Below, piece after piece: positions 34,946-44,731 of a stretch of DNA of 64,000 nt (positions within the stretch are counted from its first letter, which is position 1; the number at the start of each line of letters is the position of its first letter). Below the pieces are notes generated by a model, which made no database searches, had not been told where the DNA came from, and saw only the letters and a list, made by a program, of their open reading frames with translations. Both the position numbers and the translations under genes were made by a program. Source of the stretch: a virus (Duplodnaviria; Caudoviricetes); the IMG/VR virus record IMGVR_UViG_3300027782_000065, positions 17,664-81,663 of that record; one strand, 5' to 3'.

Positions 34946-37891
34946 TCATAAAACTGGTGTAACTGGTTCTCCAATCTTTTCAAGATTTTCGTAAATTGCT
35001 TTAAGATGTTTTGAATCTATTTCTTTATATTCTGAAAGAATTTCTTTCAATAAACTTTTTGTCTCTTCGGATTTTCCCCACTGCCATCCTGATATAGCCT
35101 TTTCAAAAAGTAATCCATATTTTCCAGGATATTCAACATTAGTTTTTAGCGGAGGGCAATCAAAATTACAATATCTCAATGCAAGATCAGCATTCATATA
35201 ACAATCTTGCCACCACTCTCGTTTTTCTGCAAATCGACTTAACAGAAAATATGCTTCTGGACGCTGTGGTAAAAATGCCTGTGCTTGCCAAAGTAATGAC
35301 CTAGCACTACCATCTCTAGTTCCCTGCTTCTCATAGCAATATGATCCACGAATTAATGCTTCATAAGCAAGATCTTCATCCTCTGCTCGTTCTGCACATC
35401 TCAGAAAATATGTCAGTGCTGGTGCAGTATGTCCTTGATTCTCATACCAAACACCTAGTGCAAAATTATTTTCTGCATTTTCAGTATCTAAAGAATAAGT
35501 AGTAATTAATTCTTCAATTTCAGATTTAACAATAGGATTTAAATTGATTTCTTTTTCACTTCTATCTTTATTTTTCCACCATTCTAACACAAGATCTCTT
35601 GCAACTTTATGATTTGTTTTTTGCCCACCATTCACATCATCATCATTATTTTCAAATGTAGAAACAAACTCAGTATTCTCAACAAATAATGGAATTGTAT
35701 AAGTTTTTCCAAGAGAAGTAAAAATAATATTTTCAATTAGTGGCATTACATCATAATTTACAACCTCTAAATGATAGGTGTCTCCTTTGATATAATTATC
35801 AATGATTTTTTTGGCATAATCTCTAGTCAAAATATATGCAGTTGCTGCCCAATCGTCCCAATATCTTTCACGAATCTCAAAAGTGTCAAAATTACTTCTA
35901 ATAGTCAATAACTGAACACAATCAGCATCTTCTGGAAGAGAATCAATGAATTCATCCCAAGTAAAATCCCAATAATCCACAGTTTCTAAACTTAAATCAT
36001 CTTCACAGAAGAATCCATAATCTTCTTGAGTATTTTCATACCAATCTTTAATTGCCTTTAAATGAGAAACGCAGCAACCTTTTGTACCATCATTTAAAGT
36101 ATGTAAGTGCTTTCCAGTTACGATATCATTAGATTCCGAAAATCTTTTTGATATGATTGATTTTGGAGAAATATTATATTTTTCAAATTGATCTTCAATA
36201 CTTTTCTGCCTATCAACACATTCTTCTAAACTCATGTAATACACAGATACAAGTCCATCTAATTTATTTTTCATATTAATTTCTTCTGCAAAATAATTTT
36301 GATCGTCCATTTGAACAATATTCCAATTAGTTTTGGGTTTTACATAATAATCGGAAATTTTACCGATCATATTTTTATTTTCCTCAATATGTTTTTGAGA
36401 TAATGCATATTCAACTTGCCACTCCAATTCCCGACCACTATAATTAGGACTTAAATTTTCACGAATCATATTCTTATAATTTTCATCCCAACCAAATCCT
36501 TCAAAATTTTCAGTTCTTTTGCCATCTGGATGTGGCAAATGAATTAAATAATTATCATAATCAAGTTTATTCTCATTTAATCCCATATATCTAAGACGTT
36601 GAAATATTTCATCATCCTCATAAGAATAACACTTACCAAGATTTTCATTATAACCACCAATCTTATTGTAATTTTCTTTTGAAATAAACAAGAGACCTGT
36701 TAGATATAAGAAGTATGGACTATAAGAATTAAAATATTCTTTTAACTGCTCATCACTCATTTCATGCTTATTAATCATATAAAGACCAGTCTCAGGATCC
36801 AAATACTCTGGACTATTGGTATTATAAGATCCAGAAGTAAATGAATTATGATCTGGAAAATATTTTTCTACAAAATTATAATAAGGATTGATCAAATAAT
36901 CAGTATCTAGTTTAAGAATATAATCACCAGTTGCAAGGCTTGCGGCAAGATTTAAAGGTTGTGGTTGATTGAAATATTTTTTATCTTCAACTCTTACTAT
37001 CTTAATTCTTGAATCTAATTTTGTAAGATGATTTAAAGGTTCATCCGAACTCCAATCAACAATAATTATCTCCTGGATATTCTTAATTGACAACCAAGAA
37101 TTTAATGATACTCTAAGAGAATCGTATCTATTTTTACATGCACAAATTACTGAAATACTCATATTTGGTGAATTGGAAACATCAAGATTTTCAGAGTGAG
37201 GGATAATTTTAATATTTGAATCTTCTTTATGAAATGAAAGTGTGGCAATAAACAAATTTACTCCATTTTGATAAATTGGAGAATAATCAATATGCTCATA
37301 TTCTTTTTGATACTCACTTGTCAGTTTTAATCCAGAAGACTCTACAATTTTAATTAAATTTTCTGGAGAAATAAATTCTCCAGGATCTGGAATAAGAGTA
37401 ACATCGGTAGAAGAAATTAATCTACCGTTAGGTTTTAAAACTCTATAAACTTCATCCGCAATATTTTTCCATCCCCAATTTTCAATTCCGTGTCCCCATA
37501 CAGGTTCAAAACAATGTACGGAGCAACTGTCAATCACAACATCTACACTTGCATCCTCCATTTGTTTCAGTTCATATAAGGCATCACCAAGAATCATTTT
37601 ACTTAATCCTTTAGGACACCAATGATCAACAGAATTTAAATCTATTCCAGTAACATCATTTCCCCAACTAGCAATAATATGAGGAACACAACCATCTGCA
37701 GATCCCAATTCAATTACTTTTAAATTATTTTTACCAATTGACTTGAATTCCTCTAATATTGTGACCCATTTCACCATCGCAGCATCTATGTTCCAAAATT
37801 TATGGTGAAATCCAATCTCATCCCATTTTTCTTGTTCAAGTATATTTCTACATTTAGAAATATCTTTATCAGTAAGTACTCTATTATACAT
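34946..37891 (-). CDS. multidomain protein: SAM methyltransferase + GT2/GT7-like glycosyltransferase + GT25-like glycosyltransferase + TPR
   Basis: VIELGSADG..VLKPNG; CACKNR..IIIVDWSS..KLDTD..GGYNE..YEDDE; VYYMSL..R..GCCVSHL..FCEDD..AYILTR; TPR-like C-terminus. Confidence 0.75.
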   Translation of the reverse strand: MYNRVLTDKDISKCRNILEQEKWDEIGFHHKFWNIDAAMVKWVTILEEFKSIGKNNLKVIELGSADGCVPHIIASWGNDVTGIDLNSVDHWCPKGLSKMILGDALYELKQMEDASVDVVIDSCSVHCFEPVWGHGIENWGWKNIADEVYRVLKPNGRLISSTDVTLIPDPGEFISPENLIKIVESSGLKLTSEYQKEYEHIDYSPIYQNGVNLFIATLSFHKEDSNIKIIPHSENLDVSNSPNMSISVICACKNRYDSLRVSLNSWLSIKNIQEIIIVDWSSDEPLNHLTKLDSRIKIVRVEDKKYFNQPQPLNLAASLATGDYILKLDTDYLINPYYNFVEKYFPDHNSFTSGSYNTNSPEYLDPETGLYMINKHEMSDEQLKEYFNSYSPYFLYLTGLLFISKENYNKIGGYNENLGKCYSYEDDEIFQRLRYMGLNENKLDYDNYLIHLPHPDGKRTENFEGFGWDENYKNMIRENLSPNYSGRELEWQVEYALSQKHIEENKNMIGKISDYYVKPKTNWNIVQMDDQNYFAEEINMKNKLDGLVSVYYMSLEECVDRQKSIEDQFEKYNISPKSIISKRFSESNDIVTGKHLHTLNDGTKGCCVSHLKAIKDWYENTQEDYGFFCEDDLSLETVDYWDFTWDEFIDSLPEDADCVQLLTIRSNFDTFEIRERYWDDWAATAYILTRDYAKKIIDNYIKGDTYHLEVVNYDVMPLIENIIFTSLGKTYTIPLFVENTEFVSTFENNDDDVNGGQKTNHKVARDLVLEWWKNKDRSEKEINLNPIVKSEIEELITTYSLDTENAENNFALGVWYENQGHTAPALTYFLRCAERAEDEDLAYEALIRGSYCYEKQGTRDGSARSLLWQAQAFLPQRPEAYFLLSRFAEKREWWQDCYMNADLALRYCNFDCPPLKTNVEYPGKYGLLFEKAISGWQWGKSEETKSLLKEILSEYKEIDSKHLKAIYENLEKIGEPVTPVL

Positions 37892-37900
37892 ATGATTTAT

Positions 37901-38371
37901 TCAAACAATTTTTTTATAAAACAAAGGTTTATCGGTACAAATACCATAACTGTTTTTTATATATTCAATTCCGTGAGGAAAACTGTACAATGAAATACTT
38001 TCAGGCAAAACAATTACAGATTTTGAATATGGATATTGACCAACCAACACCCAACCAATGCCTTTACTTGTTAAGGTATAACGATCAGTTTCGTGCCAAA
38101 AATAATTAAATGCGGTTTTAGAAAATTCAGAAAGTGCTTCTAAATTTTTACAATGAACCCATAAATTTTCCCTATATTGACTTAACCAATACAAACTGAC
38201 AACATATTGTGGTTCATCATGCCCCAAATAAAAACACTTATCTTTATTATCATAACGCACATCAATCTCCACATCAAATCCTTGGGATAATGCTTCTTCA
38301 ATATATTCTGGACTATTTTCCCTCAGTGGATTAGGTCCATTGAGATTTCCACGATGAGAAATAATTTTCAT
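37901..38371 (-). CDS. glycerophosphodiester phosphodiesterase-like (GDPD/PLC fold) protein; start MKIISHRG at 38371
   Basis: ISHRG..ENS....AL..GFDVEIDV..LGHD..WVHCKN. Confidence 0.75.
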   Translation of the reverse strand: MKIISHRGNLNGPNPLRENSPEYIEEALSQGFDVEIDVRYDNKDKCFYLGHDEPQYVVSLYWLSQYRENLWVHCKNLEALSEFSKTAFNYFWHETDRYTLTSKGIGWVLVGQYPYSKSVIVLPESISLYSFPHGIEYIKNSYGICTDKPLFYKKIV

Positions 38372-38372
38372 A

Positions 38373-39611
38373 TCAAAACTCCAAAATCCATTCGGGGAGA
38401 GATCCACCACCAGTTTCATATCCCCATTTATCTATGGCGGCACGAAACTCTGGTCCAGGGGTTTTATCAATTGCCTGTCTCATTGCCAGAGCACCTGCCA
38501 GAGTGCCCTCAGGATGCCCGTGAATGGCACCTCCACAGTTGGCAAGGAAATCTGTACCAAACTTCTCTGCTGTGGTATTAACGATGCCTGGATGCATCCC
38601 ACAACTCAATGCTGGAAGTACATTGCGATTATGAAGTGTTGCAAGAGTTTGACGAAGTTCATTCTCATCATCACTCAGATAACCACCCCACATTCCAGCA
38701 TGAATCGTATCAACACCCATCAATCCGGCAAGATCACAAATCACATCCCAGTCTATTCCAAATGCGTGGCGTTTATCGGTAAGAATTTTGTCGCCACTCT
38801 TTTGAAAGTGTTGAAACATCGGTAGATCAAGTCTACGAATAGAGTTATAAACACCCAAACCACTCCAAAAATTAATATGGATACCGTTTCCACCATTATT
38901 AGAAACGAACTTAGCCCTTTCAAGAATCGTGTGGTGATCCCCATTAATACAGAACGCATAGATTACATTCCTCCCACAGTTATTCACAATATTTGAAATC
39001 AGTTCTACACGATCTTCAAGACGGCAGAACGATGGATTTGCCAGAATCTCATCTTCCTTAATGAAATCTACACCACCATCAAGAAGTTCTTTCACCATCT
39101 CAGAAAGAGTTTGTGGCGAAATACCAGTCTTTGGTTTTACAATAGCACCAGAAAGTGGTTTGTCATAACGATTTACAAACTTACGGATTCCATCAATACC
39201 ATACTTGGGTCCAAGAAACTGTGCTTCCACATCAGCAGGGAATTCAAGTTTCTGAAGACGACAAGATTTGAATACATCAATATCTAATTGACCTCCCATT
39301 ACCTGACAAAGAAGATGAGAAATACCATCACCTTCCCAATCTGTATTTACTTTAGGAAAACCAATTTTTACTACACCTTCTGTGAGTTGTGAGAGTTCAT
39401 TTTCATCTGCGTAGATAACACAAGATGATAGTTCAAACAGTTCATCGTTTTCCCAACGATTACGAACTTTTGGATTACCCACACTCTGCCCAATAGCAAG
39501 ATTCCAAGCAGCATCACGAAGATTGCCAACATTGGAATATGATTCAATATAATATGTTGCTACTACACAACGTTCTCTTTCTTGATCTGTTAGTTCTCTA
39601 AAAAATTTCAT
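38373..39611 (-). CDS. RuBisCO-like protein (form IV RLP), not a bona fide carboxylase
   Basis: IVKPKTG, GGVDFIKEDE, SCGMHP, GGAIHGHP motifs; positions equivalent to K334, H294 and N123 appear substituted. Confidence 0.9.
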   Translation of the reverse strand: MKFFRELTDQERERCVVATYYIESYSNVGNLRDAAWNLAIGQSVGNPKVRNRWENDELFELSSCVIYADENELSQLTEGVVKIGFPKVNTDWEGDGISHLLCQVMGGQLDIDVFKSCRLQKLEFPADVEAQFLGPKYGIDGIRKFVNRYDKPLSGAIVKPKTGISPQTLSEMVKELLDGGVDFIKEDEILANPSFCRLEDRVELISNIVNNCGRNVIYAFCINGDHHTILERAKFVSNNGGNGIHINFWSGLGVYNSIRRLDLPMFQHFQKSGDKILTDKRHAFGIDWDVICDLAGLMGVDTIHAGMWGGYLSDDENELRQTLATLHNRNVLPALSCGMHPGIVNTTAEKFGTDFLANCGGAIHGHPEGTLAGALAMRQAIDKTPGPEFRAAIDKWGYETGGGSLPEWILEF

Positions 39612-39934
39612 TGATCAACCTCAAACTTATCTCCAGGAATAGATGGAACTTTAACTACAACCACAACACAGTCTTCTAAAAATACAGGATTTGCAACTTC
39701 ACCTTTTTCAAAAACAAACACATCTCCAGAGTTAAGTTCTTTACTCTGAATAGTCATTTTACCCTGCACAAGAACATTATATTCTACACTTTCTTTATGA
39801 TAATGGGGTGCCCAATATTCACCTTTTTGGTGAGTAAGAACACCGACTTCAAAATCTTTAGTTCTCAAAAGTGATGGTTCAAAGTCTCCAATAAACCATC
39901 CACGATGATAATCCTTCAATTGAGTTACATTCAT
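39608..39934 (-). CDS. cupin-fold protein (sugar epimerase/isomerase-like)
   Basis: RGWFIGDFEP..FEVG....KGE..PHYH..VEYN..GKM. Confidence 0.75.
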   Translation of the reverse strand: MNVTQLKDYHRGWFIGDFEPSLLRTKDFEVGVLTHQKGEYWAPHYHKESVEYNVLVQGKMTIQSKELNSGDVFVFEKGEVANPVFLEDCVVVVVKVPSIPGDKFEVDQ

Positions 39935-40644
39935 ACTTTACGAATAAAATTTTCAAGATCTTCAGGTACTCCAACAGGATTATGTTGCCAGGATGGAATA
40001 TGATGAATGCCAACTTTTAATCCAGCACCAATCATATGATTATATGTTGGTCCGACATAAAATTCACCATTCGGTGCCCTATCATTACATTCTATCATAT
40101 TTTCCGTACTTTGTACAAAGTATTTCCCCTTTCTCCAATAATGAATCCCATTCAATGATATATCACTTATGACTTGCTTTTCTTTAATTTCTTGCACAAA
40201 TCCATTTTTATCAAGTCTAGCATAACTATTTTTTGGAGTGTCTGTACTATAAGTAACAACTAACCCATCATACTTATAATACCTAGCAGTTGTAAGAAAC
40301 AGATCTGCATCCCACCACATAATTTGATCACAATTTGCAATCACCAATTCCTCTTCACTATTAATAAAATCTTTAAATAAAAGACAACTTGAGGCAGGAC
40401 CTTCTGTAGTTTCTTCTACGCTAATAATTTTTGCCGATGGGAGAAGTGAATGTAAAAGAGTACAGACCTGATCATAGTAACTATCTTTTCTAATTACAAA
40501 GTGATAAGTTCCCACTAATCCTAACGATTGTATTGCTCGTTGAATCATAGGAATTCCATCAATTTCTATTAATGGTTTTGGAATTTTATAGGTATCTCTG
40601 GGAAATCTAGTCCCTTCACCTGCCATTGGAATTAAAATATTCAT
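39931..40644 (-). CDS. sugar-phosphate nucleotidyltransferase (NTP_transferase family)
   Basis: ILIPMAGEGTRF..PKPLI..T.GPA.S..IANCDQ..EFYVGP.YN..G.PEDL. Confidence 0.85.
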   Translation of the reverse strand: MNILIPMAGEGTRFPRDTYKIPKPLIEIDGIPMIQRAIQSLGLVGTYHFVIRKDSYYDQVCTLLHSLLPSAKIISVEETTEGPASSCLLFKDFINSEEELVIANCDQIMWWDADLFLTTARYYKYDGLVVTYSTDTPKNSYARLDKNGFVQEIKEKQVISDISLNGIHYWRKGKYFVQSTENMIECNDRAPNGEFYVGPTYNHMIGAGLKVGIHHIPSWQHNPVGVPEDLENFIRKV

Positions 40645-41456
40645 TCCTTAAAAGAGTATGTTAATTGATATACTAGATTATGGAAATCATCAGAGATGAA
40701 TGGAGTTTCACATTCTCCAGTCAAATAATAATTATAATACCTTTTTATGGATTCTTCCAAAGGATCACTACCTATAATAATTTCAGTACCTTCAAAATTA
40801 ATAGTATTAAAGGTATTAGATTCTATTATTTTTTCATCTACAATAAATCTAGTATAAGTTTTATTTGAAAATCCAAACTCAAAAGTAATATTTTTATTAT
40901 CCAAAATAAATTTTGATTTATAAATGGTAGTGCTTACTTTTTCAACAGAATGTAACGTAACATCATCCAATTCAAGTGATTTTAAAATACAAATCATGTG
41001 AGGTAAAAAATCTTCCAATATGGTCAATTTTCTATCAACATAATTAGCAGAAAAAAATTGAATATCTAAATTTAGAAAATTATTAGGTATAATTTCTTTA
41101 ATTTTTTTTATTTTTGATGAATTATACCAAAGGTAATTTACATAAGGATTATTTTTATACGAATTTTTTTTATTTTTAATATTAAAAGGTTTTTCAACAA
41201 AAACTTTTTTATTAAAAAGTGATATTATTTCATGATGATATAAAGGTCCAGTAAGAATAAAAGTTGGTAAATTTTTATCAACCTCTTCTATAAGATTTCT
41301 TGTAAGTATATTTTTACAATTTACAAAAACATCTTTCTTATCGGTAACTAAATTTTGAATTTGATATCCACTTGATTCTAATTTTTTTGCAACTCTAGAT
41401 CCCCAATTCCCATACCCAATGATGTTAATTGGAATATCACAATTAAAACTATCCAT
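40641..41456 (-). CDS. Gfo/Idh/MocA-like oxidoreductase
   Basis: IIGYGNWG Rossmann motif; VFVEKP; DFLPH. Confidence 0.6.
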   Translation of the reverse strand: MDSFNCDIPINIIGYGNWGSRVAKKLESSGYQIQNLVTDKKDVFVNCKNILTRNLIEEVDKNLPTFILTGPLYHHEIISLFNKKVFVEKPFNIKNKKNSYKNNPYVNYLWYNSSKIKKIKEIIPNNFLNLDIQFFSANYVDRKLTILEDFLPHMICILKSLELDDVTLHSVEKVSTTIYKSKFILDNKNITFEFGFSNKTYTRFIVDEKIIESNTFNTINFEGTEIIIGSDPLEESIKRYYNYYLTGECETPFISDDFHNLVYQLTYSFKE

Positions 41457-42294
41457 TAGTAACCTCGTTTAAATATTCATTAACTTCTCTTGGTAAAATG
41501 TCTGCCATCCAGTTTCTCATTCCACCAAAATATCTATTTAATTTATGAGCAAGTGCCCCACCTGCTTGATGTAAAACTTTAATATGCATTATATCATTAG
41601 TCACTGGATCGTTCAAATATAGTTGATTGTCCTTAATATACATCTGCTTCCAACTTTGCCAAGGATCATATTCTGGTCCCCATCCATTGTTGATTCCATA
41701 AGATAAATTACTACCTATTGGATCAACAATTTCAGAAGTATACTTGTTAGAATGAAAAATTAAATTTAAAACCCATTGTTCGTCAAGACATTGCTCAGGT
41801 TTATCTGAAAAATAATGATTAACATCATGCCAGTGATACCAAAATTCTTTATTGTTAGATGCCAAAAGTCCACCACAAACATATTTTTGCGTTGGTATAA
41901 TATCCCCATTTCCGAATGGGGGATGGTGGGGAAGTTGAGTTGGAGACCATGCTTGTGCCAAATTAAAACTATTATAACATCTAGAACTTATAATATCAGC
42001 ATTACTATTAAACAACTCATCCATCGGACCTGTTATGGTTGAATCAGCATCCATATGGATCACCATATCATAATTTTCAATAAATGGGATACAACTTGGG
42101 GGAGTCATCCACTTATTTTTTTTTGGTTCTATCCATGAATATTTTCCATATACTTGATTACTCATTTCTGTATTAAAAATAATACAATCAACTTCCGGAT
42201 GAAAATATTTAATTGAATTGATTAATTTATTTACACCCAAAAAATCTGCATAGTCATCAGTACACCAAGTTGTAATAAGAATTTTTTTACTCAT
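41449..42294 (-). CDS. putative glycosyltransferase (GT-A fold)
   Basis: IHMDAD DxD motif; CGGLL; DEQWVLN; VLHQAG. Confidence 0.6.
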   Translation of the reverse strand: MSKKILITTWCTDDYADFLGVNKLINSIKYFHPEVDCIIFNTEMSNQVYGKYSWIEPKKNKWMTPPSCIPFIENYDMVIHMDADSTITGPMDELFNSNADIISSRCYNSFNLAQAWSPTQLPHHPPFGNGDIIPTQKYVCGGLLASNNKEFWYHWHDVNHYFSDKPEQCLDEQWVLNLIFHSNKYTSEIVDPIGSNLSYGINNGWGPEYDPWQSWKQMYIKDNQLYLNDPVTNDIMHIKVLHQAGGALAHKLNRYFGGMRNWMADILPREVNEYLNEVTNG

Positions 42295-43003
42295 AATCTA
42301 GAATTACTTCGATTGTTTTTGTATTCATATAATTCTTGAGAATTTTTGCATTTGGAATAACACAATGACCTCCAATTTTTTTAGTTGGATAAAGAACTGG
42401 TCTAACCACATTTTCTTTTCCTAATTTTATATAACCTTCATTATACGATTGATTATAAAGAGTCATAACTTCTTCAAAATCAATCTCTTCATTTTTACAA
42501 AGATTTGCAACATCAGAATGAAAAGCAATGCACATCCCATAATAAGTTGTATCTAACAGTTTAGCATATTCAGTTGTCTTACTATCTTTGCAAATATGAC
42601 TTCTAATTCCAATACTATCTAAATGCTTTTTATATAGTATGGCGGAATTATCATCTTCTGGTCCAATATATTTCAAAAAAGTTTTCATACCCAAATCAAG
42701 ATTAGGATGCAATCCCCTCATAGGTGAGTGACAAACTTTACCACCAATAAGTTTAGTTGTTCCAGGAGAAACAGTGGAGTGAATGATTGTATAGTTTGGA
42801 TTTGCTTTTGCAACATATTCTTTAACAATATCCACAAAGTTATCGATGGATGGAATACAAATATTAAGTATTTCAACTCCATTAATATCATCATCAAAAT
42901 TTTGAAATGGATCTACTACTCTAATATCAAATCCACCAAAAGATCTATACACTTTTGCAATGCTGCTACCAATTTCTCCATGTCCAATGATTCCGATTTT
43001 CAT
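42287..43003 (-). CDS. UDP-glucose/GDP-mannose dehydrogenase family protein (no C-terminal domain)
   Basis: IGIIGHGEIG; IIHSTVSPGTT; EYAKLLDTTY; IGGHCVIPN with catalytic Cys. Confidence 0.8.
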   Translation of the reverse strand: MKIGIIGHGEIGSSIAKVYRSFGGFDIRVVDPFQNFDDDINGVEILNICIPSIDNFVDIVKEYVAKANPNYTIIHSTVSPGTTKLIGGKVCHSPMRGLHPNLDLGMKTFLKYIGPEDDNSAILYKKHLDSIGIRSHICKDSKTTEYAKLLDTTYYGMCIAFHSDVANLCKNEEIDFEEVMTLYNQSYNEGYIKLGKENVVRPVLYPTKKIGGHCVIPNAKILKNYMNTKTIEVILDYE

Positions 43004-43980
43004 CAAACACAAACTCCATTAATATAGTATTCTACCACTTCTTGAATAACTTCGTCAACCCCTTTAGTCGGACTCCACCCAAGCCTTTCTTTAATTTTTT
43101 CACTATCGGGAATTTTTTCCGGTGCTTCTGCAAAAAGTGGTCCATGAAGATCTATTGGATCAACATGAAGAATTTTTGATTTAGTTTGAGTCATTTCTTT
43201 AACTTTTTCTGCAAGGTAAAGAATTGTTCTTTCATTATTTTTATTACCAATATTCCACTCCTCATTCCAATCAGAATCATTAGCAGTGGAAGCAAGATAA
43301 ATTCCATCCACAATATCTTTAACCCAAGTGAATGCTCTCAACTGCAGACCATCATAATAAACTGTTATGTCTTGATTGTTTAATGCCTGATTAACAAATC
43401 TAGGAAGAACAAATCCACCATTAGGAAGTTGATATTTACCAGTGACATTAAATGGTCTGATAATCTGATATTTAAAATCAGAGTCAATTTTTGCATGATT
43501 CGTTAAAACAATTTCAGATAATAATTTAGCAACTGCATATTCATTTCTAACAGTAAAATCACCATGAAGAACTTTATCACTCTCTTCTTTCAAATAACTT
43601 TTACCGTCCCTATGTCCATAAATTTCTGAAGTAGAAATAAATATTAAAGGACATTGATTATACTTGGCAGTATTAATTGCCCAGTAAATATCATCTAAGA
43701 TAATTCTTGCCATATTACCAGAGTGTTTTAAAACACCCACAGGTCCTACAGGAGAAGCAAGATGAAGAACTAAATCAAATTTGGGTAAAGATTTATAATC
43801 AACATCTAAAATATTTTTTCCAATAACATCAACATCTTCAACCAAATGATAATCTGTAGGTATAGCATTTGTAGATAAATTATCTATGACACAAATGTCC
43901 CAACCTTCAGATTTCCATTTTTCAATGCAGTGTGCTCCAATGAATCCTAATCCACCAGTTATTAATATTTTTTTATTCAT
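43003..43980 (-). CDS. NAD-dependent epimerase/dehydratase/decarboxylase (extended SDR)
   Basis: ITGGLGFIG; FISTSEIYG; YAVAK; RPFNVTG; RAFTWVKD. Confidence 0.9.
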   Translation of the reverse strand: MNKKILITGGLGFIGAHCIEKWKSEGWDICVIDNLSTNAIPTDYHLVEDVDVIGKNILDVDYKSLPKFDLVLHLASPVGPVGVLKHSGNMARIILDDIYWAINTAKYNQCPLIFISTSEIYGHRDGKSYLKEESDKVLHGDFTVRNEYAVAKLLSEIVLTNHAKIDSDFKYQIIRPFNVTGKYQLPNGGFVLPRFVNQALNNQDITVYYDGLQLRAFTWVKDIVDGIYLASTANDSDWNEEWNIGNKNNERTILYLAEKVKEMTQTKSKILHVDPIDLHGPLFAEAPEKIPDSEKIKERLGWSPTKGVDEVIQEVVEYYINGVCV

Positions 43981-44731
43981 AATTTTTAATTATTTGTCTT
44001 TCATTAAGCATTTTTGATGCAGAATTCCATAATGGATTCAAATTTCCATTGTTAAGTAACTTATTTACTTCATCATAGTAAATGTTTAATTTAGATTCTT
44101 TCCAGGAATTCCAGGAATTTGATATTTCAGGAACAGAATTTTCGATAAATTTATCCCAATGGTTGTAATTTTCTTCTGGAATATTTTTATATATAACGCT
44201 ATTATCATACTGATTATATTTACTTTGCCAATGAACTGTAGCATCAATAGAAGAATTAGTTAATGATGTTTTCCAACTATGGTCATATGTGGATTCTAAA
44301 CTTTCATAAATCGCAAAATCATTCATGTATATTCTCCAGACCCAATCACGATCCTCCCAACCAGAATGTGTAAATCTTTCATCCCACCAACCAATTTTCC
44401 TAACCAATTCTTTAGAAAATCCCATGAATCCGACATTATATAAAAGAACACATGCAAATCCGCTTTCTAATAAATCAATCATTTTTTCCACTTCTTCTAC
44501 TGTTGGAAGTGTTCTATCATTAATTAATATCATCCACTCTGTAGATGAAGTTGCCACAGAATGATTAATTAATTTAGAATAAGAATCATATATTTCAGGG
44601 TGACGATCAATTCTATTATTCCAATGAACTTTATATTTTTCTTTTAAAGGTTCTAAAATTTTAATTTGATTATCTACAACTTCTCTGCTGCACCCACAAT
44701 GAAGACATATGGTAAATTCTTCAATTTTTAT
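43973..44731 (-). CDS. GT2-like glycosyltransferase; frame opens 58 codons upstream of the tracked GTG but has no ATG (ATA at 44731)
   Basis: IKIEEFTICLHCGC...LINHSVATSSTEWMILINDR..GWWDERF..GWEDRDW. Confidence 0.7.
   Translation of the reverse strand: MKIEEFTICLHCGCSREVVDNQIKILEPLKEKYKVHWNNRIDRHPEIYDSYSKLINHSVATSSTEWMILINDRTLPTVEEVEKMIDLLESGFACVLLYNVGFMGFSKELVRKIGWWDERFTHSGWEDRDWVWRIYMNDFAIYESLESTYDHSWKTSLTNSSIDATVHWQSKYNQYDNSVIYKNIPEENYNHWDKFIENSVPEISNSWNSWKESKLNIYYDEVNKLLNNGNLNPLWNSASKMLNERQIIKNYE

Noticed and set aside
38373-39611. RuBisCO as a carbon-fixation auxiliary gene
   Set aside because: Residues equivalent to K334, H294, N123 and E60 appear substituted, no rbcS is present, and the context is glycan biosynthesis
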